53,430 nt of DNA from a virus. Lineage: Duplodnaviria; Caudoviricetes. Where the stretch lies: IMG/VR virus record IMGVR_UViG_3300042312_000048, positions 1 to 53,430 of that record; one strand, given 5' to 3'. Positions 38,683 to 49,274 of the stretch are shown piece after piece (position 1 is the first letter of the stretch; every line of letters starts with the position of its first letter). The notes under the pieces were generated by a model. The model ran no database searches. It was not told where the DNA came from and saw only the letters and a program-made list of their open reading frames with translations. Made by a program: the position numbers and the translations under genes.

Positions 38683-41600
38683 ATGGCAATCGTTAATGTA
38701 AATGGGCCAGATGCAACAGTAAGAAGATGGCCTAAAAGTTCTGGCTCTAGCGAATTTGTTGATATTAATATATCCGGCACAGTCAATGATAAGACATTAA
38801 AACCAGAAATGACTGTAAGATTGCCCGGTGGAAAGACTATTACCGGAGACATTAATTATTGGAATAGTATAAAATCAGCAGGTGGTGTGCCCGGTCTTAA
38901 CGAAGAACAGTCATACTATATGACTCAGTTTTTAACACAGCCTACTCAAACAGTTAAAGACTCTAGCGGTTTTCCAGTAAAATTAAAAGGATTTCCTGCA
39001 CTAAAAGAAGTTTATTCTAGCGTAGATGAAACATTAAAAGAAAGAGAAAGAGAAGATACGCTACCAGGCACAAAAACATCTACAGAGGACTTAACATTAC
39101 CTGACGGTACTAAAGTCAAGACTACAACAGTGAACGAAGTTAGTGAGCCAAGAAATCCTGCAAGCGAAAATAATCCTACTCCACAGCCTTCAACAATAAA
39201 TCAAACACCCGGCGACAATGCTGACAAGAAACAAATAGTTGGGGCAGGAGACGACGATCAAAGTCCTAATAAACAAAATACAGTAGATGGTACTAATACC
39301 GGTAGCACAGTAGCCAAAGATGAATTTGGACTTCCTGTAGGTACTATTATTGATCCTACAGGATGGGGACCATCAGCAGGATCTTCTAACTCACAGACTG
39401 ATAGTTCGGGCAAACCTTCTGGAAGTAGACGCACCTACAATCCATTAGCGCAACTTTCTAGTTATTCTTATATTATAACACTGTATATGATAAGTCCAGA
39501 TGCTTACAAAGCATTTATTGATTCTGGTAGAAAAAAGATAGATGCATTATCTAAAGCAACTCCTGTAGGTGAAGGTAGTCCTAATGTTGAAGGAGGTGCA
39601 TTGATTGTTGCTAGAACAGGGGGCAACAACACAACAGACAGAATAGGCAACATGGATTATTTTATTGATAATTTAAGAATGAGTTCTTATATCAATACTA
39701 AAACTACAGGTGCGGCGATAGCGGCTGTGAGTGAAATTTCTTTTACAATTTCTGAACCATATGGTTTTAGATTTATAACTGATTTAAAAAATGCTGTAAA
39801 AAGATTGCAAGCACAATCAACATCGGCAAGTTATAAAAGCATGACATCATTGTTTAAACAATTTTTTATATTGGGTATAAAATATTATGGCTATGATGCA
39901 GATGGTAATTTGATAAAAGGCACAGATAAACTTTATGGAAATATGGTAGATCCATTAGGCGGCGATGGTTTATTTGAAAACTTTTATGATATACAAATAC
40001 AAGATTTTAGATTTAGATTAACAGGCGATACTGTGACTTATAATGTGACCGCAGCCGTTCCTGTGACACAGAATGTGTTAGGTGTTAAAAGAGGAAGAAT
40101 ACCGACAGGGGCAACAGTACAAGGTAAGACTGTTGAAGATGCATTGATAGGTGAGTATGGTCTTTTCACAAACCTAAATAAAAAAGAAGAGGATAAACTT
40201 AAAAACGGCAATGTGACTTATCCTAATAAATTTAGTGTTGTGTTCATGGGAGAAGCAGAACAGTTAATTAAAAAATCTCCGTTAGTGACATCAAATGATT
40301 TAGAGAAAGCAAGATTTGGTGATCCGTTATTGAACACGACTAAAGAAGTTAATGAAACACAAGCACAATCACCACCTGACACTACCTCAAGAATTTTATC
40401 TTTTGGTCATGATACCTCAATAATTTCTGCGATTGAAACAATCATAAAGAAAAGTGCTTATATGGTTGATGCATTAAACACACTTTATACTAATGCTAAA
40501 GAACCTAATCCTTCACAGAAAAATTATGAACAAATTAATCAAGAACCACAAACATTAAGGTGGTTTACAGTCACTAGCGATATTAAAAAAGTTGATTGGG
40601 ATCCTAAAACAAATGACTGGGCTTATGATTTAGTTTATATCATACAAGTTTATGATATACCTAGCATGGAGACTCCATATTATAGCACAACGTCAAAGTA
40701 TAGGGGCCCTCATAAACGTTATGACTATTGGTTTACAGGGCAGAATAGTGAAGTGCTTGATTTAGATTTTACATTAGATAATACATATTTTCTTTCTATC
40801 ATGGGTTTCCCTAATAAAAATACACAACCTTCTGCTTCAACACCGGGAAATAGAGAAACAAACACTGATCAAAGACAAACGACAGGTCCAGCGGCTGGCA
40901 ATGGAAACTCTACAGCGAATTCTACTGGACTAAAAAATGACCCGCAAGCCCCGAACAATCAAGGACCATCAGAAAAAAATGCTTCAGGTGGCGGCGAATT
41001 CTCTGTAGCACCGGGCATAGTTAATAACGCAGATAAAAGTTCATCATTAGGGGTTGGTCTAGAAGCAGAAAATACTGTAGCAACTTATCTATATGATCCT
41101 CAGGCATTCAGCACTGCCAGACTACAAATTATAGGAGATCCAGATTTTCTTGTAAGAGATTCAACTACAACTATTAATAGTTTGTATAATCAATATTATA
41201 ACACAGACGGATTTACACCTAATGCAAATGGCGGACAAGTATTTGTTGAGATAGGATTCAAAGAAGGTGTTGATTATAGAGATACTGATGGATTACTAAA
41301 CATAAACGATAATATTTTATTTTTAACATATCCCGATTACGTAAAAAAAATAAGTGAAAATAGAATCGTATACATGGTAGCCCAGGTTGACAGCCTATTC
41401 AACAGAGGTAGATTTACACAAACACTTAGTTTAGTACAGCCATACTTTCCAGGTAGTTCTACTGCACCGCCAACTGCGCCTGCTCAAAGCACGCCTGCAC
41501 AAAATCCAAATAACTCACAAACTGTGAGTGATACTAGCAAGGGAACTACTACTGCCAATGATGACGCACTACAAGAAGTTCAGGTCACTGGTAGAAGAGT

Positions 41601-41727
41601 CTCTCCTGCCCCTGCAAAAACTGAAGGCAGACAATCAGATAATCTAGCGAATAAGACTGATGCAGAGTTATTCACTTTAGGTTATATGCCTGATGAATTT
41701 GATAAAGTAAGAAATGGTGGTGGCTAA
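38683..41727 (+). CDS. Baseplate hub protein (gp27/VgrG-N-like) with disordered extensions
   Basis: Position between gp53 and gp5; F.I.EP.G, I.GDP and C-terminal Y.V..V...F..G.FTQTL.L hub-type motifs. Confidence 0.65.
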   Translation: MAIVNVNGPDATVRRWPKSSGSSEFVDINISGTVNDKTLKPEMTVRLPGGKTITGDINYWNSIKSAGGVPGLNEEQSYYMTQFLTQPTQTVKDSSGFPVKLKGFPALKEVYSSVDETLKEREREDTLPGTKTSTEDLTLPDGTKVKTTTVNEVSEPRNPASENNPTPQPSTINQTPGDNADKKQIVGAGDDDQSPNKQNTVDGTNTGSTVAKDEFGLPVGTIIDPTGWGPSAGSSNSQTDSSGKPSGSRRTYNPLAQLSSYSYIITLYMISPDAYKAFIDSGRKKIDALSKATPVGEGSPNVEGGALIVARTGGNNTTDRIGNMDYFIDNLRMSSYINTKTTGAAIAAVSEISFTISEPYGFRFITDLKNAVKRLQAQSTSASYKSMTSLFKQFFILGIKYYGYDADGNLIKGTDKLYGNMVDPLGGDGLFENFYDIQIQDFRFRLTGDTVTYNVTAAVPVTQNVLGVKRGRIPTGATVQGKTVEDALIGEYGLFTNLNKKEEDKLKNGNVTYPNKFSVVFMGEAEQLIKKSPLVTSNDLEKARFGDPLLNTTKEVNETQAQSPPDTTSRILSFGHDTSIISAIETIIKKSAYMVDALNTLYTNAKEPNPSQKNYEQINQEPQTLRWFTVTSDIKKVDWDPKTNDWAYDLVYIIQVYDIPSMETPYYSTTSKYRGPHKRYDYWFTGQNSEVLDLDFTLDNTYFLSIMGFPNKNTQPSASTPGNRETNTDQRQTTGPAAGNGNSTANSTGLKNDPQAPNNQGPSEKNASGGGEFSVAPGIVNNADKSSSLGVGLEAENTVATYLYDPQAFSTARLQIIGDPDFLVRDSTTTINSLYNQYYNTDGFTPNANGGQVFVEIGFKEGVDYRDTDGLLNINDNILFLTYPDYVKKISENRIVYMVAQVDSLFNRGRFTQTLSLVQPYFPGSSTAPPTAPAQSTPAQNPNNSQTVSDTSKGTTTANDDALQEVQVTGRRVSPAPAKTEGRQSDNLANKTDAELFTLGYMPDEFDKVRNGGG

Positions 41728-41729
41728 CA

Positions 41730-44700
41730 ATGGCAACTGACGTACAAAAAAGCAAAGGTAAATTAAAGCGCAGCAGCCCTACATCGGGCGGATCTAATCC
41801 TGAACTAGTACCTAAGATAGGCATCGTCAAAAATAATAGCGACAGCACACGTTCAGGACGCATTTGGGTTTATATATCAGACAACAGCGGCACAGACCCA
41901 GAAGATAGCACTTGTTGGAGACCTGTTTTCTTTTTAAGTCCTTTTTATGGCAAAACATTGAATACTGCGCCGAATACCGGCGAAGGCAATTTCAAAGGTA
42001 ACACACATAGTTATGGAATGTGGTTCAGTCCTCCAGACATAGGAACATCTGTATTATGTGTATTTGCTAATGGTGACTTAAATTTTGGTTATTACATAGG
42101 ATGCATACCAGATCCACAAGCATTACACATGGTACCGGCTATTGGATCTAGCACATACATCGTTCCGGGATCAGGCGAAGCAAACAAGTATGGCGGTGCA
42201 ACACGATTACCTGTAACGAACGTTAACAGTAGCAATAAAGAGATCACTAACACTGGTAAATATTTAACAGAAGCGAAACCAGTACACCGATATGTCGCTG
42301 CTACAATGTGGCAACAAGGCATTTTGCGCGATCCTATAAGGGGGCCTATAAGTTCAAGTTCACAGCGTGAAAATGCAAGTAGAGTGGGTTTTGGTATTAG
42401 CACTCCCGGAAGACCTATATATGAAGGCGGATTTAACGATACTAATATAGTTGATAATTTGACCCCAGATAAAGCCGATAGTTTAAAAATTATAGGTAGA
42501 AGAGCAGGTCATAGCATAGTGATGGATGATGGCGATGTTATCGGAAGAGATCAATTAATAAGATTACGCACAGCAGACGGTCACCAAATCACTATGAGTG
42601 ATGATGGTCAAACCATTTTTATTATTCATAAAAACGGACAAAGTTATGTTGAGCTAGGTAAAGAAGGCACAGTTGACATATACTCTACAAATAGTATTAA
42701 TCTACGAACACAAGGTGATTTAAACCTACACGCAGATAACAACTTAAACATACATGCAGGAAAAAACTTAAATATTTTTGCCGGCGAGGCAATGCATGTA
42801 CAAAGCACTAAAGAATTTAAGTTAAGGGCAGGAGCAGATTTAAGTATTTTCACAACATCTATTTTTACTGCTAAAGCATCTGGTGCTATGAGTTTAGAAA
42901 GTACAGGTGATATTAGTATGGCATCATCTGCAAAAGCCTTTGTGAATGGAAGTAGAGTCAACTTAAATTCAGGCAAAACAGGTACGACTCCTAAAGAAGT
43001 GCCTGCGATAGATCAAGTATTGCATACTGATACGTTGTTTGATAGTGCAAAGGGTTATGTAGCAGCGCCTGCAAAATTAAAGAGCGTAACTAGTAGAGCG
43101 CCGGCACATGCTCCATGGACAAACGCAGGTCAGGGTGTTGATATTAAGAGTAACTTAAATGCTGGTTCAAATTTACCAAGCAAACCAAATACTGCTACAA
43201 GTTCAATTAATACAGCAGCAAGAAACGGCGGAGTCACTAATCCAGTATCAAATGCTACGATTGCAAAAACTCCCGTCAAACAAAACATCAGTAATGCTAT
43301 TGATAAAAATGCGACTCAGGCGTTGTCCGCTCAAGTTGCTACAAATGCTGCTGCAGGTCCTGCAGCCGACGCAGTGAAAAAAGGTGCGACCCTTGTTCAA
43401 AATGCTACAGGCAATAGCACTGTTGCTATTGGACAATTTGCTCAAACACCAAAACAATTAGAACAAGCAGGTATATTAAAACCTGGTTCATCAAGCCTAG
43501 TTGATAGCCTTGTAGCATCAGGATCTAATATTGCCAATGCTATACCTAGTACTCTGTTTACAGGTAAACCAGGCGCAGAAAATCTGCCTGCGTTCATCAA
43601 TAATATAGGAGCACAGCAAGAATCGTTAGCAAAGAATTTACAGATTGCACAGACAAAATTACAAAATGCTGGTGCGATAACTGGTAATGAATCAAGTACT
43701 GAAATAGGTGGTGTGATATTATCTGCTGCAAATAACGGTGTAGACAACGTATTAGGATCAATGCAAACATCTAAATTGTCAGATTTCTTACCTGGTAGTG
43801 GTCCTAACATTCAGTCCTTTACTAACAAACTAGATCAAACATTAAAAGATGTCTCACAAGGAAATTTTGCTAGCAAACTAGGTGAATCTGCAGGCGGAGC
43901 ATTGGATGGTTTACAATCATCATTGAGTGCAATGTTTAAATCTTCTTTAGGAAATGCTAAACCAACATCACAAGGAACAGCAGCAGATGCATTCAGTGCT
44001 ATAGTAAGTTCTATACCGTCATTAGTACCAAACAAACCTCAAAATCTAACAGCAGAAGCAACTAAGTCAGCAGAAAAAACGACTGCTGCATCAGTTGGTA
44101 ATGAATCTCAAAATCTTGCACAGGGTTTATTTGGAGCAGCAACAAACATAGCAACAGACAAATTATCAAGTTCAGTAGCCAAAAAATTATCAGGGAACTC
44201 ATCCGATCCATTAGTTTCTGCTGTTGTGTTACCATTAACAAACAGTTTAGCGTCCTCACTGATCGAGGCTGCTAAGCCTAAAGCAAATGTTAATGTTGAC
44301 ACTAAAAATTCAGTTGCAACTTTAGCATTGGGTGTAACAGATCCTCAAACTGCTGCAAAAAATACAGCAGATAGCGTATCTGGAATTAAACAGGCAGCAC
44401 AAACTGTGGCATCCGGATTAATCTCAACAACTGCTGCTACATTGGCATCAGGTGTAAATAATTTGCCCGGCGGCCAAGACGCTGTGTCAACTGTCAATAA
44501 TTTAGCAAGTTTAACTCAAAACATTCCTAATACAAATGATTTGAAGGTTGCTATACAAAATGGGGCGACAGATGCCATCAATAACGCACAAAATACTTTA
44601 GGTAACAATCCTACACTACAATTAATAAATGCTACAGCAAGCGATGTTCAAGCGTTAGCAAGCAAAGATGGAATAGAACAATTGATTAGTGCCGGATTAC

Positions 44701-45320
44701 CTGCTGGTAAAGTTGCTGAAGTTAAGAACGCACTATCAGCAATCACATCACAAGGCAGCGGAGTAAAGATGCCTTCTGTTGGTGTGAATACAAATGATAG
44801 AAGTTCATTAGAAGCAGGTGTTAAAGATGCTCTTGAAGATCCGGGACTACCGGCGCCTACATATGGAGAAGTTGATAGAGAAACATTAGACGATAAACGT
44901 AAACAGAAGAAAAAAGAATCTGATGCATTATATCAAACTTATCTTAAAAAAGATGAAGCATCACAAATAGCCTTCAATGATTTTCAAGATGCGCAGAAAG
45001 CATATGATACTGCACAAAAAAATCTAGTACAAGGTAGTCCAGAACTTGCCAATTTACGTCAAGCAAGAGATGAAAAATATTCAATATATGAGAAAGCATC
45101 CTTAGAAACAGATAAGGCTCTTATAGATTATGAAAATGCTTTAACCACCAATAAAACAAATAAAAATACACAACCATCTAATGTTATCGTCACTACCGGT
45201 TCTCCTGATAATAATCTTGTCGTTTACAGGTCAGTAAATGAAAAAGGTGACGAAGAAATAGGCTGGATTGAAAATAAATCACAGACTACAACGACAACTA
45301 CGAGCAAAAGAGGTTCATAA
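41730..45320 (+). CDS. gp5: Baseplate central spike, gp5/VgrG-like, with long C-terminal extension
   Basis: OB-fold (G.VK.N.D..R.GR..V.I; PPDIG..VL..F.NGD), GH.I.MDD/GHQI.MSD repeats, beta-helix LNLHA/LNIHA repeats. Confidence 0.82.
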   Translation: MATDVQKSKGKLKRSSPTSGGSNPELVPKIGIVKNNSDSTRSGRIWVYISDNSGTDPEDSTCWRPVFFLSPFYGKTLNTAPNTGEGNFKGNTHSYGMWFSPPDIGTSVLCVFANGDLNFGYYIGCIPDPQALHMVPAIGSSTYIVPGSGEANKYGGATRLPVTNVNSSNKEITNTGKYLTEAKPVHRYVAATMWQQGILRDPIRGPISSSSQRENASRVGFGISTPGRPIYEGGFNDTNIVDNLTPDKADSLKIIGRRAGHSIVMDDGDVIGRDQLIRLRTADGHQITMSDDGQTIFIIHKNGQSYVELGKEGTVDIYSTNSINLRTQGDLNLHADNNLNIHAGKNLNIFAGEAMHVQSTKEFKLRAGADLSIFTTSIFTAKASGAMSLESTGDISMASSAKAFVNGSRVNLNSGKTGTTPKEVPAIDQVLHTDTLFDSAKGYVAAPAKLKSVTSRAPAHAPWTNAGQGVDIKSNLNAGSNLPSKPNTATSSINTAARNGGVTNPVSNATIAKTPVKQNISNAIDKNATQALSAQVATNAAAGPAADAVKKGATLVQNATGNSTVAIGQFAQTPKQLEQAGILKPGSSSLVDSLVASGSNIANAIPSTLFTGKPGAENLPAFINNIGAQQESLAKNLQIAQTKLQNAGAITGNESSTEIGGVILSAANNGVDNVLGSMQTSKLSDFLPGSGPNIQSFTNKLDQTLKDVSQGNFASKLGESAGGALDGLQSSLSAMFKSSLGNAKPTSQGTAADAFSAIVSSIPSLVPNKPQNLTAEATKSAEKTTAASVGNESQNLAQGLFGAATNIATDKLSSSVAKKLSGNSSDPLVSAVVLPLTNSLASSLIEAAKPKANVNVDTKNSVATLALGVTDPQTAAKNTADSVSGIKQAAQTVASGLISTTAATLASGVNNLPGGQDAVSTVNNLASLTQNIPNTNDLKVAIQNGATDAINNAQNTLGNNPTLQLINATASDVQALASKDGIEQLISAGLPAGKVAEVKNALSAITSQGSGVKMPSVGVNTNDRSSLEAGVKDALEDPGLPAPTYGEVDRETLDDKRKQKKKESDALYQTYLKKDEASQIAFNDFQDAQKAYDTAQKNLVQGSPELANLRQARDEKYSIYEKASLETDKALIDYENALTTNKTNKNTQPSNVIVTTGSPDNNLVVYRSVNEKGDEEIGWIENKSQTTTTTTSKRGS

Positions 45321-45323
45321 ATA
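45316..45323 (+). promoter_or_regulatory. Late promoter box CATAAATA
   Basis: Overlaps the gp5 stop, 5 nt before ATG 45329. Confidence 0.65.
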
Positions 45324-45328
45324 GTTTT

Positions 45329-45778
45329 ATGCCAGAATACATAGGTTTTACAACTTTAAACGCAAATAAACCCCAAACTGTAAATGCTCCTATAGGATAC
45401 CAAGGGGGTGTTGGCACTGTTAACGAAACTATTATACCCGGGAAAAAGTTTAGATTAACTGATGCACCCCTTGTTATACAGGATTTTGTTAATGCCTTGA
45501 ACATTAGAAGGGGAACGAAAGTAGGACAACCGCAGTATGGGACAGATTTATGGAATTTTATTTTTCAACCCAACGTTCCTGAAGTACAACAAGCCCTACA
45601 AGAAGAAATCATAAGAATAGCGGGGGCTGACCCTCGCATACAACTCAATTTTGTAAACGTATATCCTAAAGATAATGGAATATTACTTGAAGTTGAAATG
45701 GCTATCGTTCCTTTTAACCAAGCACGATTATTAAGTATCTTCTTTGATTCTAGCACGAATACAGCGTCATTGGCTTAA
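45329..45778 (+). CDS. gp25: Baseplate wedge subunit, gp25-like
   Basis: LTD..LV.QD..N.L.IR.G.K..QP.YGT.LW..IF.P and DPRI motifs. Confidence 0.88.
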   Translation: MPEYIGFTTLNANKPQTVNAPIGYQGGVGTVNETIIPGKKFRLTDAPLVIQDFVNALNIRRGTKVGQPQYGTDLWNFIFQPNVPEVQQALQEEIIRIAGADPRIQLNFVNVYPKDNGILLEVEMAIVPFNQARLLSIFFDSSTNTASLA

Positions 45779-45798
45779 AAAAGCAGTTTTTATTATTA

Positions 45799-45806
45799 GA
45801 TAAATA
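45799..45806 (+). promoter_or_regulatory. T4-type late promoter box GATAAATA
   Basis: Intergenic upstream of ATG 45824. Confidence 0.7.
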
Positions 45807-45823
45807 ATAAAACGAGATTTATT

Positions 45824-48800
45824 ATGGCTACAAGTTCTAGACAAAGTGCTTTGTTTGGTATAAATGACTGGAAGGCGATATATCAGACCTTTCGTGAGGC
45901 TGATTTCCAGAGTTATGATTATGAAACGTTACGCAAGAGTTTCATAGATTATTTGCGCGTATACTACCCTGAAACATATAACGACTACATTGAATCAAGC
46001 GAATTTATCGCATTATTAGACGTTATGGCGTTCATGGGTCAAGGTCTAGCATTTAGAAATGACTTGAATGCCCGTGAAAACTTTATTGATACTGCTGAAC
46101 GCCGTGATAGCGTTGTTAAGTTAGCAAACTTAGTAAGTTATACTCCGAAAAGAAATTTAGAAGCGCAGGGATTACTCAAAGTTACTAGCATTCAAACTAC
46201 TCAAAATCTAGTAGATTTTAATGGAGTTAATCTAAGCAATCTCACAGTATTATGGAATGACCCCGCAAATCCAAATTGGTTTGAGCAATTTAATACGATA
46301 ATTAATGCTGCTTTAGTAGATAGCCAACGCATAGGTAGACCAGGAAATATAGCAGAAATTTTAGGCGTCACAACAGCAGAATATGCATTGCAGATCCCTG
46401 CAGAAAGTTTACCAATAGTACCATTTACTTCAACAGTTGATGGTATAACTATGGGATTTGAATTAGTAAGTGTAACAAGCGTAGACGAAGATTATCTGTA
46501 TGAAATTCCACCTGCACCTACAGGTCGTTTTAATATGGTTTATCAAAACGATAGATTAGGTTTTGCAAGCCCAAACACTGGTTATTTTTTCTATTTTAAA
46601 CAAGGCTCATTGACTAATTTTGATTTTGTATTAGAACAGCAAATCGCAAACCAAGCAGTTAATATTGATATTCAAGGTATTAATAATGAAGATACTTGGT
46701 TGTATCAATTAAATTTAAATAATAATACAAGAACATTATGGAGAAAGGTAGATAACGTTTATGCTAATGCTTATCTACAGACCGAAACAAGCAAAAAAAG
46801 TATTTTCAGTGTAAGTTCAAGATTTAACGATCAAGTTACTTATAATTTCGGTGATGGTGTATTCTCAAATATCCCAGTGGGAACTTTTAGAGCATATGTA
46901 CGTTCAAGCAACGGATTAACATATACTATTGACCCAAGCGAAATGCAAGGTATTAATGTTGCTTTCAACTACATCACACGCCAGGGTAAGGTAGAAACCT
47001 TAGCGATAGGTTTACAATTAACACAACCTGTCAGTAATGCACAGGCAAGAGAATCATTACCTTCTATCAAGCAACGCGCACCAACACGCTATTATACTCA
47101 GAACCGTATGGTCAATGGAGAAGATTATAACAATTTTCCTTATACATTATACAGTTCAATCATCAAATCAAAAGCGATCAATCGTACTAGTGTTGGAGTA
47201 AGTAAAAATTTAGATTTGTTAGACCCAACTGGCAAATATTCTAGCACAAATACATTTGCTGACGACGGCTCAATCTGGGAAAACAATGAAGATACTGTAT
47301 TGACACTTGCGATTAATAACACGCCTAGCGACATTATCGCATTTATCACTGATACATTGGCAAGCGTACTTGCACTCAACAGATCAAATCAATATTATAT
47401 TAATCAATCAAGCGACAGCATAACAGCCTGGTATAAGCGATTTGATTTACCAACAAACGCAGCAGATCCAGAGACAGGGTCTCAAGTTATGTATTGGGCT
47501 AGCAGCACAGTTGATGCGAATAGCCAAACAGGATATTTTTATAACTTAGATCAAGGTTCTGAAGTACCTGCATTCGTTGGAATATTCTCAACTACAAATG
47601 CGAAGTATGTAACTAAAGGAGCATTGATTAAATTTAGGGCTCCTGATAATTATTATTTTGATAATAATAATAGATTAGTAGAAGGAATATCTGGACCTAA
47701 TAAACCAAACACATTATGGACAACTGTACTTAATGTGATAGGCGATGGAACAAATACAGGTCAAGGACAGTTTTCTAACGGAACAGGTCCTGTAACATTA
47801 AATGGTTATGTACCTGCTGAATGTATACTTGAACAAATAATACCTGCATTTGATAACTCACTACCTGTAGAAGTGGTACAAGATGCTATTATTAAAATGG
47901 AATTACAACAAAGTTTTTCACTTGTGTTTAACAATTCTTTATTAATAAATCAAAATAGATGGATAGTAAGACCTGTAAATGATTCTAATTGTTTCGTTAA
48001 GTTCGTATCAGATCCTGCTATTAACAGATACACTATCACAGTCAAATCACTAAAATATTATTTTGGTAGTGTGAGTGAAACTAGATTTACTTTTGCTACT
48101 AATGAAATTGTATATGATCCATTTAGCGGAAAGATTTTACAAGATTTTGTTAATGTCTTAGGAATAAACACACAACCAGAATCTTTAGATGCATTAGGCA
48201 GAGATTATAAAGTTAATATAGTTGGACAAACAGTTGAAACAGATGGCTATGTAAATGATTTTCAAGTTGAAATAAGTGCCACTGATATTAATAACAAACA
48301 ACTTATATTAAATCCTGATTTCTTCACTACAATAACAGGCGTGACTTCTGATGGCAATAATGCAGGATTTTATGTGTTTTTTGAAACGGTTCAAGACCCT
48401 ATCAATTTGACAAGACTTCAATTAGTACCTGTAAACACAATTAATTTCCAGTATAGCACAAAGAATGAGATAGAAGATGTAAAATACGAATATCCAGTAG
48501 GTCAACTCTTTTTCGCCAATCAAGAGCCACTAGAGTCTAATCCTGCAATAAAAGGAGTATTTTATAAAACAGTTCAAGATACTTCAGTGACAACTATAAG
48601 TTATCAATTAGTGATACAAGATCAATTTTCATTTAAGTATGGAAGACAAGGATTAAGTTATCAATATCGTCATAATAGTAATAATACAACACGTATTGAT
48701 CCTGCTACTACAAATATAATTGATTTATATGTAGTTACACAATCATATTATACAGCCTATCAAAATTACATTCAAGATTCTACAAATACAGTACCTAAAC

Positions 48801-49267
48801 CATCAACACCTACAATCGCTGAATTGAGTGCAAGTTATGGCAAAGTTCAAGATTACAAAATGTTGAGTGATTCTGTAGTATTAAATAGTGTAGTGTTCAA
48901 GCCTTTGTTTGGTCCTAAAGCAGATCCTGCATTAAGAGGCACAATCAAAGTCATTAAAACAAATACAACTACAGCAAGTGATAGTGAAATACGTAGCGCA
49001 GTGTTAACAGCAATGAATACATATTTTGATATAAACAATTGGAATTTCGGTGACACTTTCTTCTTTTCAGAATTAAGTGCATACTTACATAATCAATTAG
49101 GTGATTTGATTAGTTCTGCTGTATTGGTACCAAATAATCCAAATGAACCGTTTGGTACTTTGTACGAGATAAAGAGCGCGCCTTACGAAATTTTTGTAAA
49201 TGGTGCGATTGCTGAAAATATTCTAGTGATCGCTGCATTAACACCAAATGAATTACAAATAGCATAA
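45824..49267 (+). CDS. gp6: Baseplate wedge subunit, gp6-like
   Basis: DYETLR..IDYL, ENFIDTA.RR.SV..LA..V.Y.P.R, FGDG, ES...IK..AP..Y..QNRMV..EDY motifs. Confidence 0.9.
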   Translation: MATSSRQSALFGINDWKAIYQTFREADFQSYDYETLRKSFIDYLRVYYPETYNDYIESSEFIALLDVMAFMGQGLAFRNDLNARENFIDTAERRDSVVKLANLVSYTPKRNLEAQGLLKVTSIQTTQNLVDFNGVNLSNLTVLWNDPANPNWFEQFNTIINAALVDSQRIGRPGNIAEILGVTTAEYALQIPAESLPIVPFTSTVDGITMGFELVSVTSVDEDYLYEIPPAPTGRFNMVYQNDRLGFASPNTGYFFYFKQGSLTNFDFVLEQQIANQAVNIDIQGINNEDTWLYQLNLNNNTRTLWRKVDNVYANAYLQTETSKKSIFSVSSRFNDQVTYNFGDGVFSNIPVGTFRAYVRSSNGLTYTIDPSEMQGINVAFNYITRQGKVETLAIGLQLTQPVSNAQARESLPSIKQRAPTRYYTQNRMVNGEDYNNFPYTLYSSIIKSKAINRTSVGVSKNLDLLDPTGKYSSTNTFADDGSIWENNEDTVLTLAINNTPSDIIAFITDTLASVLALNRSNQYYINQSSDSITAWYKRFDLPTNAADPETGSQVMYWASSTVDANSQTGYFYNLDQGSEVPAFVGIFSTTNAKYVTKGALIKFRAPDNYYFDNNNRLVEGISGPNKPNTLWTTVLNVIGDGTNTGQGQFSNGTGPVTLNGYVPAECILEQIIPAFDNSLPVEVVQDAIIKMELQQSFSLVFNNSLLINQNRWIVRPVNDSNCFVKFVSDPAINRYTITVKSLKYYFGSVSETRFTFATNEIVYDPFSGKILQDFVNVLGINTQPESLDALGRDYKVNIVGQTVETDGYVNDFQVEISATDINNKQLILNPDFFTTITGVTSDGNNAGFYVFFETVQDPINLTRLQLVPVNTINFQYSTKNEIEDVKYEYPVGQLFFANQEPLESNPAIKGVFYKTVQDTSVTTISYQLVIQDQFSFKYGRQGLSYQYRHNSNNTTRIDPATTNIIDLYVVTQSYYTAYQNYIQDSTNTVPKPSTPTIAELSASYGKVQDYKMLSDSVVLNSVVFKPLFGPKADPALRGTIKVIKTNTTTASDSEIRSAVLTAMNTYFDINNWNFGDTFFFSELSAYLHNQLGDLISSAVLVPNNPNEPFGTLYEIKSAPYEIFVNGAIAENILVIAALTPNELQIA

Positions 49268-49274
49268 TAATAAA

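Noticed and set aside
19632-49267. Stop-codon reassignment, inteins or introns in core genes
   Set aside because: Core genes are full length in code 11; no intein splice motifs or split genes noticed.
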